Assembly (NCBI GenBank): GCA_051252135.1
Contig: JBPOGH010000012.1
Span: forward strand, 71,098-135,097
DNA from: Verrucomicrobiaceae bacterium
Lineage (GTDB): Bacteria > Verrucomicrobiota > Verrucomicrobiia > Verrucomicrobiales > Akkermansiaceae
Direction: 5' to 3'
Length of the DNA stretch: 64,000 bases
How positions within the stretch are numbered: the stretch's first letter is position 1; the number at the start of each line of letters is the position of its first letter. The notes beneath the pieces were generated by a model. That model searched no databases. It was given only the letters and a program-made list of their open reading frames with translations, and was not told the DNA's origin. The position numbers were made by a program, and so were the translations under genes. Shown piece after piece: positions 39,001 through 48,495 of the stretch.

Positions 39001-42000
39001 ATGCGGCCAACCCTCCCACATAAGCACCATCCGCAGGCGAAATTTCGCCCAACTCCGGAGGAGTCGAATCCGGAGTGACATTCAGCACCAAATCTCCGCT
39101 CCACGTCGCATTCCCTCCCGTATCACTCACCCGCGCCTTCAGCGTGAGCGTTCCGGCATCAGCCAGCGACGGCACAATAAAACGATGCTCAAACGGAAAA
39201 TTTCCATCCGTCACCAAACGCTCATCATTAAGATAGAATTCCACGTTCCTCACCTGCACATCATCCGAAACATCCGCCGTAATCCGGAGTGCCTTCCGCT
39301 CCTCGGTCACCCCGCCCGACGCATTGCTCGTCAAGGTAATCGCCGGATCAAGCCCCAGCGAATCAAAGGCCAAATAGTTAATCACCTGCATCCCCTCGGT
39401 GTGGTCCGCCACGTAGGCAATGCCGTTGAATAACGACACCGCACGGGCCACTCCCGGAGTCGCAAGCTCCGTGATCGGCACATCCGTCAACGCAGGGTTG
39501 CTCGCATCGTAAAGCCAAACCGAATGCGCCCCGTCAAAACTCTGGTTCACACTCCGCGCCGCGATCATCAGGCCCGACCCGTTCAACGCGACATCCTTCC
39601 ACCCGAATTGGGCCGTCGCCGTCGTCGTGATCCCCACCGGAGCCGCCGGGTCCAAAAGATTCACCGTGTCATACCCCCGACGGTGCACCGCATACCCCAC
39701 CCCGCCCCCCACCGCGAGACGCATCCGTCCGTTCCAGGTGTTGAAGCCACTCGTCACCGCCACCGAACCCACACTGTTCAAAAACGAGGAATCCAGCGGC
39801 ACCGAATAAACCGTCCCCGGAGTCGCCGCATACAGAAAATCACCTTCCATCGCCAGATCATGAACCGGTGCTCCCAAAAACAACTCGTCCAACACCGCCC
39901 CGGTCCTCAGGTCCACCTTCACCAAAAACCCGCTCGCCAACCCCACATATCCCGTCCCCGCCGTCGCCGCCACACTGATGCTCTCTCCCAGCGCGATCTG
40001 ATGGATCAAGGTCACCTCGGGCACCTCCGTGATGTCAAAAATCGCCGCCCCTTCCCCGCCATCGGCCACCAAAAGGTAATCCTTCGTCAGCGCCACCGCC
40101 CCTGCCGATCCCGGCGTCCCCACCTGCGCCACCACCGTCGGATCCATCCCGCTGAATACATTAAACAAGCTCACCCCCCCGTTTCCATTGGCCACCGCCA
40201 CCACATCATTGCGGGCATCCACATCAAGAGCCGTCCCCGGTGTCTTCGCCGTCGCAATGATTCCCGTCCGCACCTGCAAACCACCCAAGGGATCGCCCCC
40301 TTGAAAAATCTCCGCTCCATCCAAGATACCATCATCATCACTGTCCCCGTCATTCACATCGGTCCCCAGCACCAGCTCCGCCAGATTATTGAGATCGTCT
40401 CCATCCGAGTCCGGAAAAACCGACCCCGCCAGCGTCGGCGAGGGAGGAATCTGGATCGATCCGCCGGCCCGACCCGTCACAAAACTCGCGCTCCCTGTTT
40501 CGCCGGTATCCGGATGGAGATACTCGATGGTGAACGAGGTGTTCGGCTGCACCAAAAGATCAAACGTCCCCTGACTCGACGTACTGCCTCGCTGAACAAA
40601 TCCCGTGCTCCGGTTGATCAACCGATACCGCACCCGCGTCCTGATCGGCTGCGGATTGCGCAGGGCCATCTCCTGCTCCCGCTGCAGCTCGGGCAAGAGC
40701 TCATAACGCACAAAGAGCGGCGTCCTCCAGCCCGAATCCCTCACCTCGATCAGCACGTCCTGCAAATCCCGCGCCGCCCGCCGGATCACCTCGCCCTCGG
40801 CGACCGTGATGCCATTCTCGATCACCGATCTCACCCGCTCGATCAACTGCTCAATATCCTCCTCCGTCAAATCCGGCGGCAGCACCCGCGTCTCATCCTC
40901 CACGATCTCCTCCTCTTCCTCCTCGGTCAAATCACCATCCGCCGCCGCCTCCATCACCTCATCCCAAACAATACGACGGGCCCTCAACCCACCCGGTCCC
41001 GCACTCGACCACACCGGATCCCCCGTCACCAGATCCTGCAAGGCCCTCGCCTTATCGATCACCTCTTTTTGCAAAACCGGAGCCCGCGTCCGCAGCTGCT
41101 TCAGCGCCTCCGCATGAGCCATGCAATCCTCGTAGGCAAATGACCTCGCCGTCACATCCAGAAACAACAGGCTGTTTGTGTAAAGATCCCCTGCCGGACC
41201 CGCCACCGCCGCAATGAGACTCATCTCGCCCGCCTGCGCAAATCCCGTCGCACAAGCCATCCGGTCCCCGCCATTGATCCAGCAATCCACCCCTGCTCCC
41301 AAAAAGTTAAAGCCCGTTCCCACAAAATCTCCAATCACCGGAATCGCCTCCAGGGGCGTCAACAATCCACCCAACACCCCCTGCACATACCCGCTTTGCA
41401 AGAGCGCCCGCTCCGTCGCACAGGAATCACGATCCTCCGTCAATCCGCCACCCCTCACCCGGCACAACGGATTCGTCCCATGCCAGCCCGGCGCCCGAAT
41501 CCCCGTTCCCGGATCGGACACCGCAAACAAACCATCCTCCGAGATCGTAGCCGGACCCGCCACTTCCCACCTTCCGCTGTCGTGGTTAAAACTCCAGATT
41601 GCCGTCTTCGCTCCCGGCGGCAAAGCCCGCCCCGTTTTCGGATCCGGAAGATTCGGAAATGACACCGGCACCGGCCGGTCAAAATTCGTCGCCCCATCGG
41701 TCTGCACCGTAATCACCAAGGGCAAATCCAGCCCCTGCGGCAGCGTCCCCGGCAAACGATCCGGTGGCACCGGAGCAATCCCCACCATCCCCCCTCGCGT
41801 TCCGTCATCCGCAAACAAGGCATCCGCAGGCACCACCACTTTCACCCCGCTAAACTCCGGGAAATCTTCCAGCACTTCATTCGGAAACCGCACCTCCGTG
41901 TCACTCACCGCACTCGTATTCTTCAAGGTCCCATCCACAATCAACGGCAGGAAAATGTTTCCCACCGTCACCTCTTCCCCCGGACGACTCGTCCACGACT

Positions 42001-43072
42001 TCCCCACGAACGGATAGTAAGCTCCCTCCGGAATGTCATTCGTCGATTGCCGCCCGTCGATATGAACGAAAAAACGACCCACCGGCGCCGGCTCCAGCCG
42101 AAAATTCCCCAGCGCATCCGTCACCGCAAAGAGCTCGTCCTCCATCCCATCCACCGTCACCCGAACCCCTGCCAGAGGCTCGTTCACAAAACTCGTCCCA
42201 TCCGCCCCCGTCTCCGGATTCGAGGCAAACACCCGCCCGCATACCGAAGTCCCCTCAAGCGTCGCCAGCGATAGCGTATCAAAATCAATCGTCGCATCCC
42301 CTCCCGGCAACCCATCCCCGTCCACATCAAACGCCACCCCCGTCTCGTCAAGCAACGCCGCCCCCCTCACCCGCACCCGCACCCGCGCAGCCGCCGGCAG
42401 CGGTTCCGCATAAAACAAGCTCACCTCGCGACGATCCATCGACACATCAATCCGACCCGGCAAAGGCACCCCCGCAAACTCCGCAAAAAAATCACTCGCC
42501 AACACCGACACCCCGGCCGCCAGCGGCCGCTCAAATCGCAACACCGTCTCTCGCGTCAACGCCACCCCATCCTCACCATCAATGGGCGAGGTCGACATCT
42601 CCGGATAAATCACCCCTCCCGTTGCCCGCAGATATTCTTCCAGATAACTCAACCCGTCCAAATCCGGATCCAGTCCCGCATCCGAAGCATCCAGCGGATT
42701 CAACTCCCCCGCACGTTCCAGCTCATAAACATCATCAATGCCATCTCCGTCCTGATCCCTCGGTGCTCCCCTGATAAACCGCCGCACCCGGTAAAAAGTC
42801 GACTCTCCCGAAGACACCTCGCCATCCACCAGAACACCCTGCCCATCCACCCCCAACACCATCCCCACCTTGTCATCAAACCCCTCCAAACCCTCGCTTC
42901 GTTCCAACAAATAATAATACGCTTCACTCGCCGGATACCTCACCCTCACCTCGCTCTCCGACTCCCTCTCAATCGAATCGATCACAAAACGTCCCTCAAG
43001 ACCAGCGACGCTCCCAACCATCATCATCACCAACAATGGGACCAAATATTCCAGACAACTCCCCTTTTTCAT
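36029..43072 (-). CDS. 2347-aa secreted multidomain surface protein (Big/SbsA-like Ig, carboxypeptidase-regulatory-like, LVIVD-like propeller, IPT/TIG-like repeats)
   Basis: Signal peptide, DxDGDG calcium motifs, TPG.A..V / YVADG propeller repeats, five C-terminal ~180-aa repeats. Confidence 0.8.
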   Translation of the reverse strand: MKKGSCLEYLVPLLVMMMVGSVAGLEGRFVIDSIERESESEVRVRYPASEAYYYLLERSEGLEGFDDKVGMVLGVDGQGVLVDGEVSSGESTFYRVRRFIRGAPRDQDGDGIDDVYELERAGELNPLDASDAGLDPDLDGLSYLEEYLRATGGVIYPEMSTSPIDGEDGVALTRETVLRFERPLAAGVSVLASDFFAEFAGVPLPGRIDVSMDRREVSLFYAEPLPAAARVRVRVRGAALLDETGVAFDVDGDGLPGGDATIDFDTLSLATLEGTSVCGRVFASNPETGADGTSFVNEPLAGVRVTVDGMEDELFAVTDALGNFRLEPAPVGRFFVHIDGRQSTNDIPEGAYYPFVGKSWTSRPGEEVTVGNIFLPLIVDGTLKNTSAVSDTEVRFPNEVLEDFPEFSGVKVVVPADALFADDGTRGGMVGIAPVPPDRLPGTLPQGLDLPLVITVQTDGATNFDRPVPVSFPNLPDPKTGRALPPGAKTAIWSFNHDSGRWEVAGPATISEDGLFAVSDPGTGIRAPGWHGTNPLCRVRGGGLTEDRDSCATERALLQSGYVQGVLGGLLTPLEAIPVIGDFVGTGFNFLGAGVDCWINGGDRMACATGFAQAGEMSLIAAVAGPAGDLYTNSLLFLDVTARSFAYEDCMAHAEALKQLRTRAPVLQKEVIDKARALQDLVTGDPVWSSAGPGGLRARRIVWDEVMEAAADGDLTEEEEEEIVEDETRVLPPDLTEEDIEQLIERVRSVIENGITVAEGEVIRRAARDLQDVLIEVRDSGWRTPLFVRYELLPELQREQEMALRNPQPIRTRVRYRLINRSTGFVQRGSTSSQGTFDLLVQPNTSFTIEYLHPDTGETGSASFVTGRAGGSIQIPPSPTLAGSVFPDSDGDDLNNLAELVLGTDVNDGDSDDDGILDGAEIFQGGDPLGGLQVRTGIIATAKTPGTALDVDARNDVVAVANGNGGVSLFNVFSGMDPTVVAQVGTPGSAGAVALTKDYLLVADGGEGAAIFDITEVPEVTLIHQIALGESISVAATAGTGYVGLASGFLVKVDLRTGAVLDELFLGAPVHDLAMEGDFLYAATPGTVYSVPLDSSFLNSVGSVAVTSGFNTWNGRMRLAVGGGVGYAVHRRGYDTVNLLDPAAPVGITTTATAQFGWKDVALNGSGLMIAARSVNQSFDGAHSVWLYDASNPALTDVPITELATPGVARAVSLFNGIAYVADHTEGMQVINYLAFDSLGLDPAITLTSNASGGVTEERKALRITADVSDDVQVRNVEFYLNDERLVTDGNFPFEHRFIVPSLADAGTLTLKARVSDTGGNATWSGDLVLNVTPDSTPPELGEISPADGAYVGGLAALNLALSEAVDPSTVTTGSVLVTRAGVDGMLGTGDDVVVTEYSVGLSEDGNVIIVQPTVEFEDDLYRVELLDTIADLRGNRLATGFTTTFRKGPLLAEALVGTPRDRFSSSANVGQTIFVTGANFDGASRVTFPTMSSGGSLGSVEVGLTEIAGDGRSGNVLVPDSAVTGEITLPDGTTKLSLQIVPVVTEISGGGPKRSVTISGSGFVEGRSSVRFGTVAVVDRGPFTNDGIDVYAGNIANGRLGTTVPENGSLPYVVVTDGGSSGVTGDVTAVIAVSETGTPLDAGEASANVSQEVRIEGEGFGVETMVVAEFVSTGGTPSIQTIVPDEVGPLGDFVHFTLPYGSRTGVVSVVGAAGGDFLQVVPRVTAISGGRGRTTTISGSGFTEGLVTARFGSVEVVDGGPFTNDGVDVWSSVENSDRISVFVPLDGDLPYQIVTEGGASGRLSDLVVMSSVSETGTPAIAGEDSANVGQTVTLVGEGYQEGVTKISLEAMNSGGTPLITTIDPESVSGDGTTLIFIVPPEARTGQVAVIDGGRGELLQIVPRVTAINGGRGRSTTISGSGFIEGWVTTTFGGSSVVDGGPFTNDGIDVWASVTANDRISVFVPLEGDLPYQVITEGGSSGRVSDVTQVVATSETGTPTDGLESSANVGQTVTLQGGGFAAGLTKVTLESMSFSGTPSITTIDPATVAPDGSSLTFVVPFEARTGVATVMNGGGGELLQIVPRVTAINGGKGKTTTISGTGFIEGFVTARFGPASVVDGGPFTNDGIDVWSSSEFNDRLSVFVPANGELPYEVITEGGSSGRVTDVSDLTVVAASGTPALGGEASANVGQVATLTGVGFVDGMTKVTVEGMSSAGSPFIITVEPTSINGAGTSLTFQVPNAARTGKATVLSGGSSKLLQVVPTLTAVSSATPSTSSTLTGSGFIEGQVSVSFGGAVVTDGGPFTNDGVDVWSSVIDNDRIGVFVPAAGGAPVSVTTEGGTSVSVSP
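36032..38720 (-). repeat. Five tandem ~540-bp intragenic repeats
   Basis: The GPFTNDG-coding segment recurs at 36150, 36693, 37233, 37773 and 38310 (spacing 543, 540, 540, 537); each unit also carries SANVGQ and LQ(I/V)VP. Confidence 0.9.
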
Positions 43073-43174
43073 CGACTACCTGATTAACAAGGGCCGGTGA
43101 AAGTGTCAAACTCCCTCCACTTTACCCGGAAGCCACAACTTCCTTTATCATGGTTTTAGGTCAACAATGCCGCC

Positions 43175-43513
43175 ATGATCCCAACCATGGATAATGAATT
43201 CTACTTCGGCGTAAAAGGCCACGTCGTCTGCATCGATCCCGCAACTGGAATCGAAAAGTGGAAGACCCACCTCAAGAGCAGCTACATCACCAACCTGGTA
43301 ATCCACGACATCCTGATCATCGCCCACACCAAGGGCGAGCTCTTCGGCCTGCGTAAGGATAACGGAAAAATCCTCTGGCGAAACCCGCTCACCGGACTCG
43401 GCTACGGCTCCCTCATCTTTGCCACCGGATCACAGAGCACCGTCAACATCCTCGCTCACGAAGCAACCCAACAGGCTGCTGCCGCAAACGGCGGCGGCAC
43501 AGGCGCTACTTAA
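43175..43513 (+). CDS. Small PQQ-like beta-propeller repeat protein
   Basis: GHVVCIDPATGIEKWKT and GELFGLRKDNGKILWRNPL blades. Confidence 0.75.
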   Translation: MIPTMDNEFYFGVKGHVVCIDPATGIEKWKTHLKSSYITNLVIHDILIIAHTKGELFGLRKDNGKILWRNPLTGLGYGSLIFATGSQSTVNILAHEATQQAAAANGGGTGAT

Positions 43514-43526
43514 AAAATCAGTCCAA

Positions 43527-43904
43527 TCAAACGCGCTCTTCGATCGCCTTCAAAATCACACTCAAGTCCGAAGTCTTGCTCACAAACGGAAGACCACCCT
43601 TCATCTGGGGCTTGTCCGGCGCATAAGGACTCTCCTCAACCAAAGCGGTCAGCATCAGGACGGGAACCTCCGTTAAATTGGGATTCGCTCTGAGCGCACT
43701 CACCACATCTCCTCCGTCCATCTGCGGCATCACCAAATCAATGATGCAAATATCAGGGCGAAAACTCGAAGCCACTTCGACCGCGGTCGTCGGATCATTG
43801 ACCTGCATCACCAGATATCCTCCGGCCTCCTCCAGATTGGCAGCCAGCAACTCGGTGAAATCCACTTCATCGTCAATCAGGAGAACTTTTTTGGCACCAT
43901 CCAT
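43527..43904 (-). CDS. Single-domain response regulator (receiver only)
   Basis: LLIDDE, IIDLVMPQMDG, LMLTA and FVSK motifs; alternative TTG start at 43946. Confidence 0.9.
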   Translation of the reverse strand: MDGAKKVLLIDDEVDFTELLAANLEEAGGYLVMQVNDPTTAVEVASSFRPDICIIDLVMPQMDGGDVVSALRANPNLTEVPVLMLTALVEESPYAPDKPQMKGGLPFVSKTSDLSVILKAIEERV

Positions 43905-43942
43905 AAGCAAACATTCGGCACAGGAACTCTTGAAGGCAAGAA

Positions 43943-46120
43943 TCAATCGTCGTGCGCAGCCACTTTCAACAACAATTCCGCCTCCGCTCCCAAACCATCC
44001 TCCCGGTTTCTCAAACTCAATTTTCCTCCGTGCAACTCCGCAATCTTATGAGACACCGCCAGCCCCAACCCCGTCCCCTTTCCGGTCTCCTTCGTCGTGA
44101 AAAAAGGATCAAAAACCTTATCAAGCGCCTCTTCCGGAATCCCGCTCCCCGTGTCCTGGATTAAAATCCGCATCATCGCCTCTCCCTCCCGGGGACGCTC
44201 CCGCTCCCGGGACCCCGCATCAAAGGTAACCCCCTCGCGCGACACCACATTCCCGCGGATCGTCAAAGTCCCCGGACCATCCATCGCATGCATCGAATTA
44301 ATGAAGAGATTCACCAACACCTGCTCCACCCGCGTCTGATCCACCAGAATATCCGGCAAATCCTCACCCACCTCCAGACACACCTCCACCTTCGCCTTGT
44401 TCAGCTGATACTCCACCAACTCGAGCGATTCCTTCACAATTTTCACCGTCGACATCGGCCGAATATCAAATGCCCGATCCGAGGAATAATCCACCAACCC
44501 CTTCACAATCTTCTTTGCCCGATCAATCCCCCTCTTCATCCGCGCCACCGTATCCGCCGCCTTCTGATCCCCTTCCGGCAACCGGCGCGAAAGCAGCTCC
44601 AGCCCCATCCCAATCATTGCCAGCGGATTCTTCACCTCATGCGCCACTCCCGCCGCCAATCGACCCACCGATTCCATCTTGGCCGCCATCGTCAGCTGCT
44701 CATGGGCCCGCGTGAGGTTTTCATTGGCCTCCAGAAGCTCTCCGTTGATCTTCTTGATCGACTCTTCAGCCACCTTCCTCTCCGTAATATCAAACGAGAT
44801 CCCCCCAATCGCATAAATATCCCCCCTTGCGTTCCGCATCGGAAATTTCGACATCATATAAGTGTGAATCTCATTCCGGACCAGCAGCTGCGCATCAATC
44901 TGCAGCGGCTCCCCCTTCTCAGCCACCTCGTTATCCAACAACCTCACCCGCCTTGCCGATTCCTCATCACCCAACACCTCATAATCATCCTTCCCGATCA
45001 CCTCTTCCTGCGTGAGACCGAACAAATCTTGAAAACGTTGATTGATCATCAAATACCGCCCGCTCAATGATTTCACATAAATCGGCGCCGGACTGTTGTC
45101 CATGATCTCCTGCATCTGCCGCTCCGTCTGCTTGAGCTTCCGCCGTGCCCTCAACTCCTCGGTGATGTCCCGGTTCAACCCCACGATCCCAAAGATCGTC
45201 CCTTCGTCATCCCGCACCGGAATCTTGGACACCAGTAAATTCCGCTTCTCACCCTCCGAATTCTTCAACTGGCTCCGCCGGTTCACCACCCCTTCCCCCG
45301 TCTCGATCACCACCCGATCCTCTTCCAGAAACCGGGCCGCTTCCTCATCCACAAAAAACGCCGAAGGCTTCTTCCCAATCACATCTTCCGGATCATCGCA
45401 GCCCACAAAATTGGCCAGCGCCTTGTTCACCACCACATACCTCCCCTCCCGGTCCCGGATATAGATATTGTCCGGCATACTGTCGATCAACGACCGCAGC
45501 GTATTGCGCTCCCGCTCCAGCGACCGTGAAGTACGAACCATCTCCGAGACATCACTCGATATCCCCAAGGTCCCCACAATCTCCCCCTTGCTATTGCGAA
45601 AAGGCAACTTCGCACTCAGCACCCACCCCTCGGACCCGTCCGGAAACGTCTCCCGCTCCACATACCCCTCAATCCCCTTTCCCGTCTCAATGATCTGGAT
45701 TTCATCCTTCCGTGCCTGCTCCGCATGCTCCGCCCCAAAATAATCCTGATCGGACTTCCCGATAATATCCCGCGGATGCCCCGCTCCAAACCAATGCGCC
45801 ATCGATTGGTTCACCCTCAGAAACTTGGAGTCCAAATCCTTGAAGTAAATATTCGAGGGCACCGAATCCATCAGCGACACAAAATACCGCTCCACCTCAT
45901 CCCGCTCCGCTTCCGCCCGCCGCGCCCTCCTCAGCAACTCCCGCTCCTGACGCCTCGGTCTCCCCCACCCCGTCACCAGCAGCATCACCAACATCAAACC
46001 CACCCCGCAGGCGATCCATCGCACCTCCACAATAGGCACATCACCCAACGCCAGCATCACCAACGTCAACGCCAGAACACTCCCCAAAAGCGCAGGCCAC
46101 CCGTCTCTCCCGATCCTCAT
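43943..46120 (-). CDS. Membrane-anchored sensor histidine kinase with three PAS domains
   Basis: Two N-terminal TMs, three IY(F/I/V)(K/R)x PAS starts, H-box AHEVKNPL, N-box, DTGSG, FFTTK and GTGLGL. Confidence 0.93.
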   Translation of the reverse strand: MRIGRDGWPALLGSVLALTLVMLALGDVPIVEVRWIACGVGLMLVMLLVTGWGRPRRQERELLRRARRAEAERDEVERYFVSLMDSVPSNIYFKDLDSKFLRVNQSMAHWFGAGHPRDIIGKSDQDYFGAEHAEQARKDEIQIIETGKGIEGYVERETFPDGSEGWVLSAKLPFRNSKGEIVGTLGISSDVSEMVRTSRSLERERNTLRSLIDSMPDNIYIRDREGRYVVVNKALANFVGCDDPEDVIGKKPSAFFVDEEAARFLEEDRVVIETGEGVVNRRSQLKNSEGEKRNLLVSKIPVRDDEGTIFGIVGLNRDITEELRARRKLKQTERQMQEIMDNSPAPIYVKSLSGRYLMINQRFQDLFGLTQEEVIGKDDYEVLGDEESARRVRLLDNEVAEKGEPLQIDAQLLVRNEIHTYMMSKFPMRNARGDIYAIGGISFDITERKVAEESIKKINGELLEANENLTRAHEQLTMAAKMESVGRLAAGVAHEVKNPLAMIGMGLELLSRRLPEGDQKAADTVARMKRGIDRAKKIVKGLVDYSSDRAFDIRPMSTVKIVKESLELVEYQLNKAKVEVCLEVGEDLPDILVDQTRVEQVLVNLFINSMHAMDGPGTLTIRGNVVSREGVTFDAGSRERERPREGEAMMRILIQDTGSGIPEEALDKVFDPFFTTKETGKGTGLGLAVSHKIAELHGGKLSLRNREDGLGAEAELLLKVAAHDD

Positions 46121-46260
46121 CACATCAGTAAACCAGAGCCATCATCGGTCGCAAGAACATTGAAGTGCCCCGCTCTCAAATCCCTCCCCTCTGTAAAGTC
46201 CCAAAACAACCCCAATCATGAATCCCACACATCCCCCCCATGTCTCCCCCTCACCCCCTC

Positions 46261-46278
46261 TTGGCCTGACTGGTGCTT
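46261..46278 (+). promoter_or_regulatory. Putative sigma-54 promoter of the porin-urtA unit
   Basis: TTGGCCTGACTGGTGCTT: GG(46263-4)-N10-GC(46275-6), upstream of ATG 46333. Confidence 0.55.
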
Positions 46279-46332
46279 CCCGCCTGACGCTCACAACGAT
46301 CAATAACGAGCAAATAAACTAAAGACACCACC

Positions 46333-47079
46333 ATGACCATCATCAGAAAGACAACCCTCGGACTCTTCAGCGCAGCAAGCCTTGTCGCAGCCTCCACCGC
46401 TCAAGCCGGCGATCTCTCCGCCTCGCTTTCGCTTGATGCCAACTCCCACTTCATCTCCTACGGCTTCGATGTCTGGGGTGCCGGTGACGACCAGGACATC
46501 CTTTTCAACCCCAGCCTGAGCCTCGACTACAAGCTCAACGACTGCTGGACCTTGAACACCGGATTCTGGCTCGATGTCAACGACAAGCCCGCCGGAAGCT
46601 CCTTCCGCACCCAGGAAACAGACACCTGGATCGGCTTCGCCTACTCTAAGGACATCTACTCCGTTTCTGCCACCTACCAGTCTTGGCAGTATGCCGGTGA
46701 CACCGAGCAAATCCTCGACGTCTCCTTCGCTCTCGACACCTTCCTGAGCCCGTCCATCACCTGGCACAACCGTCTCGACCCGGGTGCCAGCGGCGGATTC
46801 AACGGCAGCTTCCTCGTCTTCGGAGCAGAACATTCCTTCGACATCAACGAAAAGCTCAGCGTCTCCATTCCGGTCTCCGTCGGATTCGCCCTCAGTGAAT
46901 TCCACACCGTCCAGGATGGTTACGGATACGCTTCTGTCGGCCTCCAGGGCAGCTACGCGATCAACGACACCACTGCCTTCAACTTCGGCATGACCTACTA
47001 CGACACCGATTCCGGAGTCGTCGGAAACGCCGAGGACTCCTTCGTTACCTACAACGCCGGCGTCTCCTTCAGTTTCTAG
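46333..47079 (+). CDS. Outer-membrane beta-barrel (TorF/TIGR02001-like putative porin)
   Basis: Signal peptide, amphipathic strands, ETDTWIG, C-terminal GVSFSF; first gene of the urea locus. Confidence 0.75.
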   Translation: MTIIRKTTLGLFSAASLVAASTAQAGDLSASLSLDANSHFISYGFDVWGAGDDQDILFNPSLSLDYKLNDCWTLNTGFWLDVNDKPAGSSFRTQETDTWIGFAYSKDIYSVSATYQSWQYAGDTEQILDVSFALDTFLSPSITWHNRLDPGASGGFNGSFLVFGAEHSFDINEKLSVSIPVSVGFALSEFHTVQDGYGYASVGLQGSYAINDTTAFNFGMTYYDTDSGVVGNAEDSFVTYNAGVSFSF

Positions 47080-47110
47080 GTCACCTCTGAATCATCCAAT
47101 TGGACTTACT

Positions 47111-48364
47111 ATGAATTCACTAATCAAACGCTCCCTCCTGGGTGCCGCCGCCCTCATATCCGGGGTGACCGCCTCGGCCGAGGACACCGTCAAGGTCGGC
47201 GTCCTTCACTCCCTGAGCGGCACCATGGCCATCTCGGAAACATCGCTTCGCGACGTTCTCCTCTTCGCCTTCGACGAGATCAACGCCCAAGGCGGTGTCC
47301 TCGGCAAGAAGATCGAGCCCGTCGTCGTCGATGGCGCCTCGGATTGGCCCCTCTTCGCGGAAAAGGCCAAGGAGCTCCTCGTTAAGGAAAAGACCGCCGT
47401 CACCTTCGGCTGCTGGACTTCGGTGTCCCGCAAATCGGTCCTTCCCGTTTACGAGAAAAACAACGGACTCCTCTTCTACCCCGTTCAATACGAGGGCGAG
47501 GAAATGTCCCCTAACATCTTCTACACCGCAGAAGCTGTTAATCAGCAGGCCATTCCCGCCGTGGACTACCTCCTTAAGGAAGGCATGGAAAAGTTCTACC
47601 TCATTGGAACTGACTACGTCTACCCTCAGACCACCAACCTTGTTCTCTTCGAGTATCTCCTTTCCAAAGGTATTCCTGTTGAAAACATCGGTGGCGGTCT
47701 CCGCAAGGATTCCACCGGTAAGGTCATTTCCGCCGGAAATTACACTCCCTTCGGACACTCTGACTTCCAGCAAATCGTTGCTGACATCAAAAAGTTCAGC
47801 GCTTCCGGAGACGCTTGTGTCATCAACACCATCAACGGAGATGCCAACGTCCCCTTCTTTAAGGAGTTCGCTGCATCCGGCCTCACTTCCGAGGATTGCC
47901 CCGTCGTTTCCTTCTCGATCTCCGAGGACGAATTCCGGGCCCTCCCCGCCAAGGACCTCGTCGGACACCTCGGCTGCTGGACCTACTTCATGTCCATCGA
48001 CTCCCCCGCGAACACTAAGTTCAAGGATGGTTTCAATGCATGGCTCGCCAAAACAGACGTTCCCGGAGTGATCAAGGAAGACCGCGTCACCTGCTCGCCC
48101 ATGGTCCTCTCCTACGACGGAGTCTACCTGTGGAAGGCCGCTGTCGAAAAAGCCGGCTCCTTCGATGTCGACAAGGTTCGTGAAGCTCTCAAGAGCGGCA
48201 TTTCCTTCGCCGGCCCCGGAGGCACCGTCACCAGCCAGGAAAATCACCACCTGACCAAAAACGTCTACATCGGCGAGACCCTTGAGACCGGTCAATTCGA
48301 CATCATCGAATCTTTCGAGAACGTCGTTGGAGAGCCATTCCTGAAAGGCACCTTCAAGAAATAA
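47111..48364 (+). CDS. urtA: Urea ABC transporter substrate-binding protein
   Basis: [39 protein letters not shown] and TINGDAN motifs. Confidence 0.95.
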   Translation: MNSLIKRSLLGAAALISGVTASAEDTVKVGVLHSLSGTMAISETSLRDVLLFAFDEINAQGGVLGKKIEPVVVDGASDWPLFAEKAKELLVKEKTAVTFGCWTSVSRKSVLPVYEKNNGLLFYPVQYEGEEMSPNIFYTAEAVNQQAIPAVDYLLKEGMEKFYLIGTDYVYPQTTNLVLFEYLLSKGIPVENIGGGLRKDSTGKVISAGNYTPFGHSDFQQIVADIKKFSASGDACVINTINGDANVPFFKEFAASGLTSEDCPVVSFSISEDEFRALPAKDLVGHLGCWTYFMSIDSPANTKFKDGFNAWLAKTDVPGVIKEDRVTCSPMVLSYDGVYLWKAAVEKAGSFDVDKVREALKSGISFAGPGGTVTSQENHHLTKNVYIGETLETGQFDIIESFENVVGEPFLKGTFKK

Positions 48365-48417
48365 ACTCAGACAGGACATCCGATCGGTTCTACTTTTTAA
48401 GTGGGATTTTCATGACC

Positions 48418-48460
48418 AGACCTGCTTCGGCCACCGATCCCGAAGCAGGTCTACTTTTTT
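48418..48460 (+). terminator. Intrinsic terminator or stabilising hairpin after urtA
   Basis: AGACCTGCTTCGG-N9-CCGAAGCAGGTCT (13 bp) followed by ACTTTTTT. Confidence 0.8.
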
Positions 48461-48466
48461 AACTTC

Positions 48467-48484
48467 TTGGCACCTCATCTGCAT
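48467..48484 (+). promoter_or_regulatory. Putative internal sigma-54 promoter for urtB and downstream genes
   Basis: TTGGCACCTCATCTGCAT: GG(48469-70)-N10-GC(48481-2), near-consensus. Confidence 0.65.
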
Positions 48485-48495
48485 AGCCCAGCCCG

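Noticed and set aside
46130..46260. NtrC-type enhancer (TGCAC-N7-GTGCA) upstream of the urea locus
   Set aside because: No convincing palindrome was found by eye.
47120..48379. Long antisense ORFs (for example 47120..48379, 25840..27126, 14122..15342, 39524..41143)
   Set aside because: They mirror well-supported genes on the other strand, lack motifs, and are expected from high-GC, strongly skewed codon usage.
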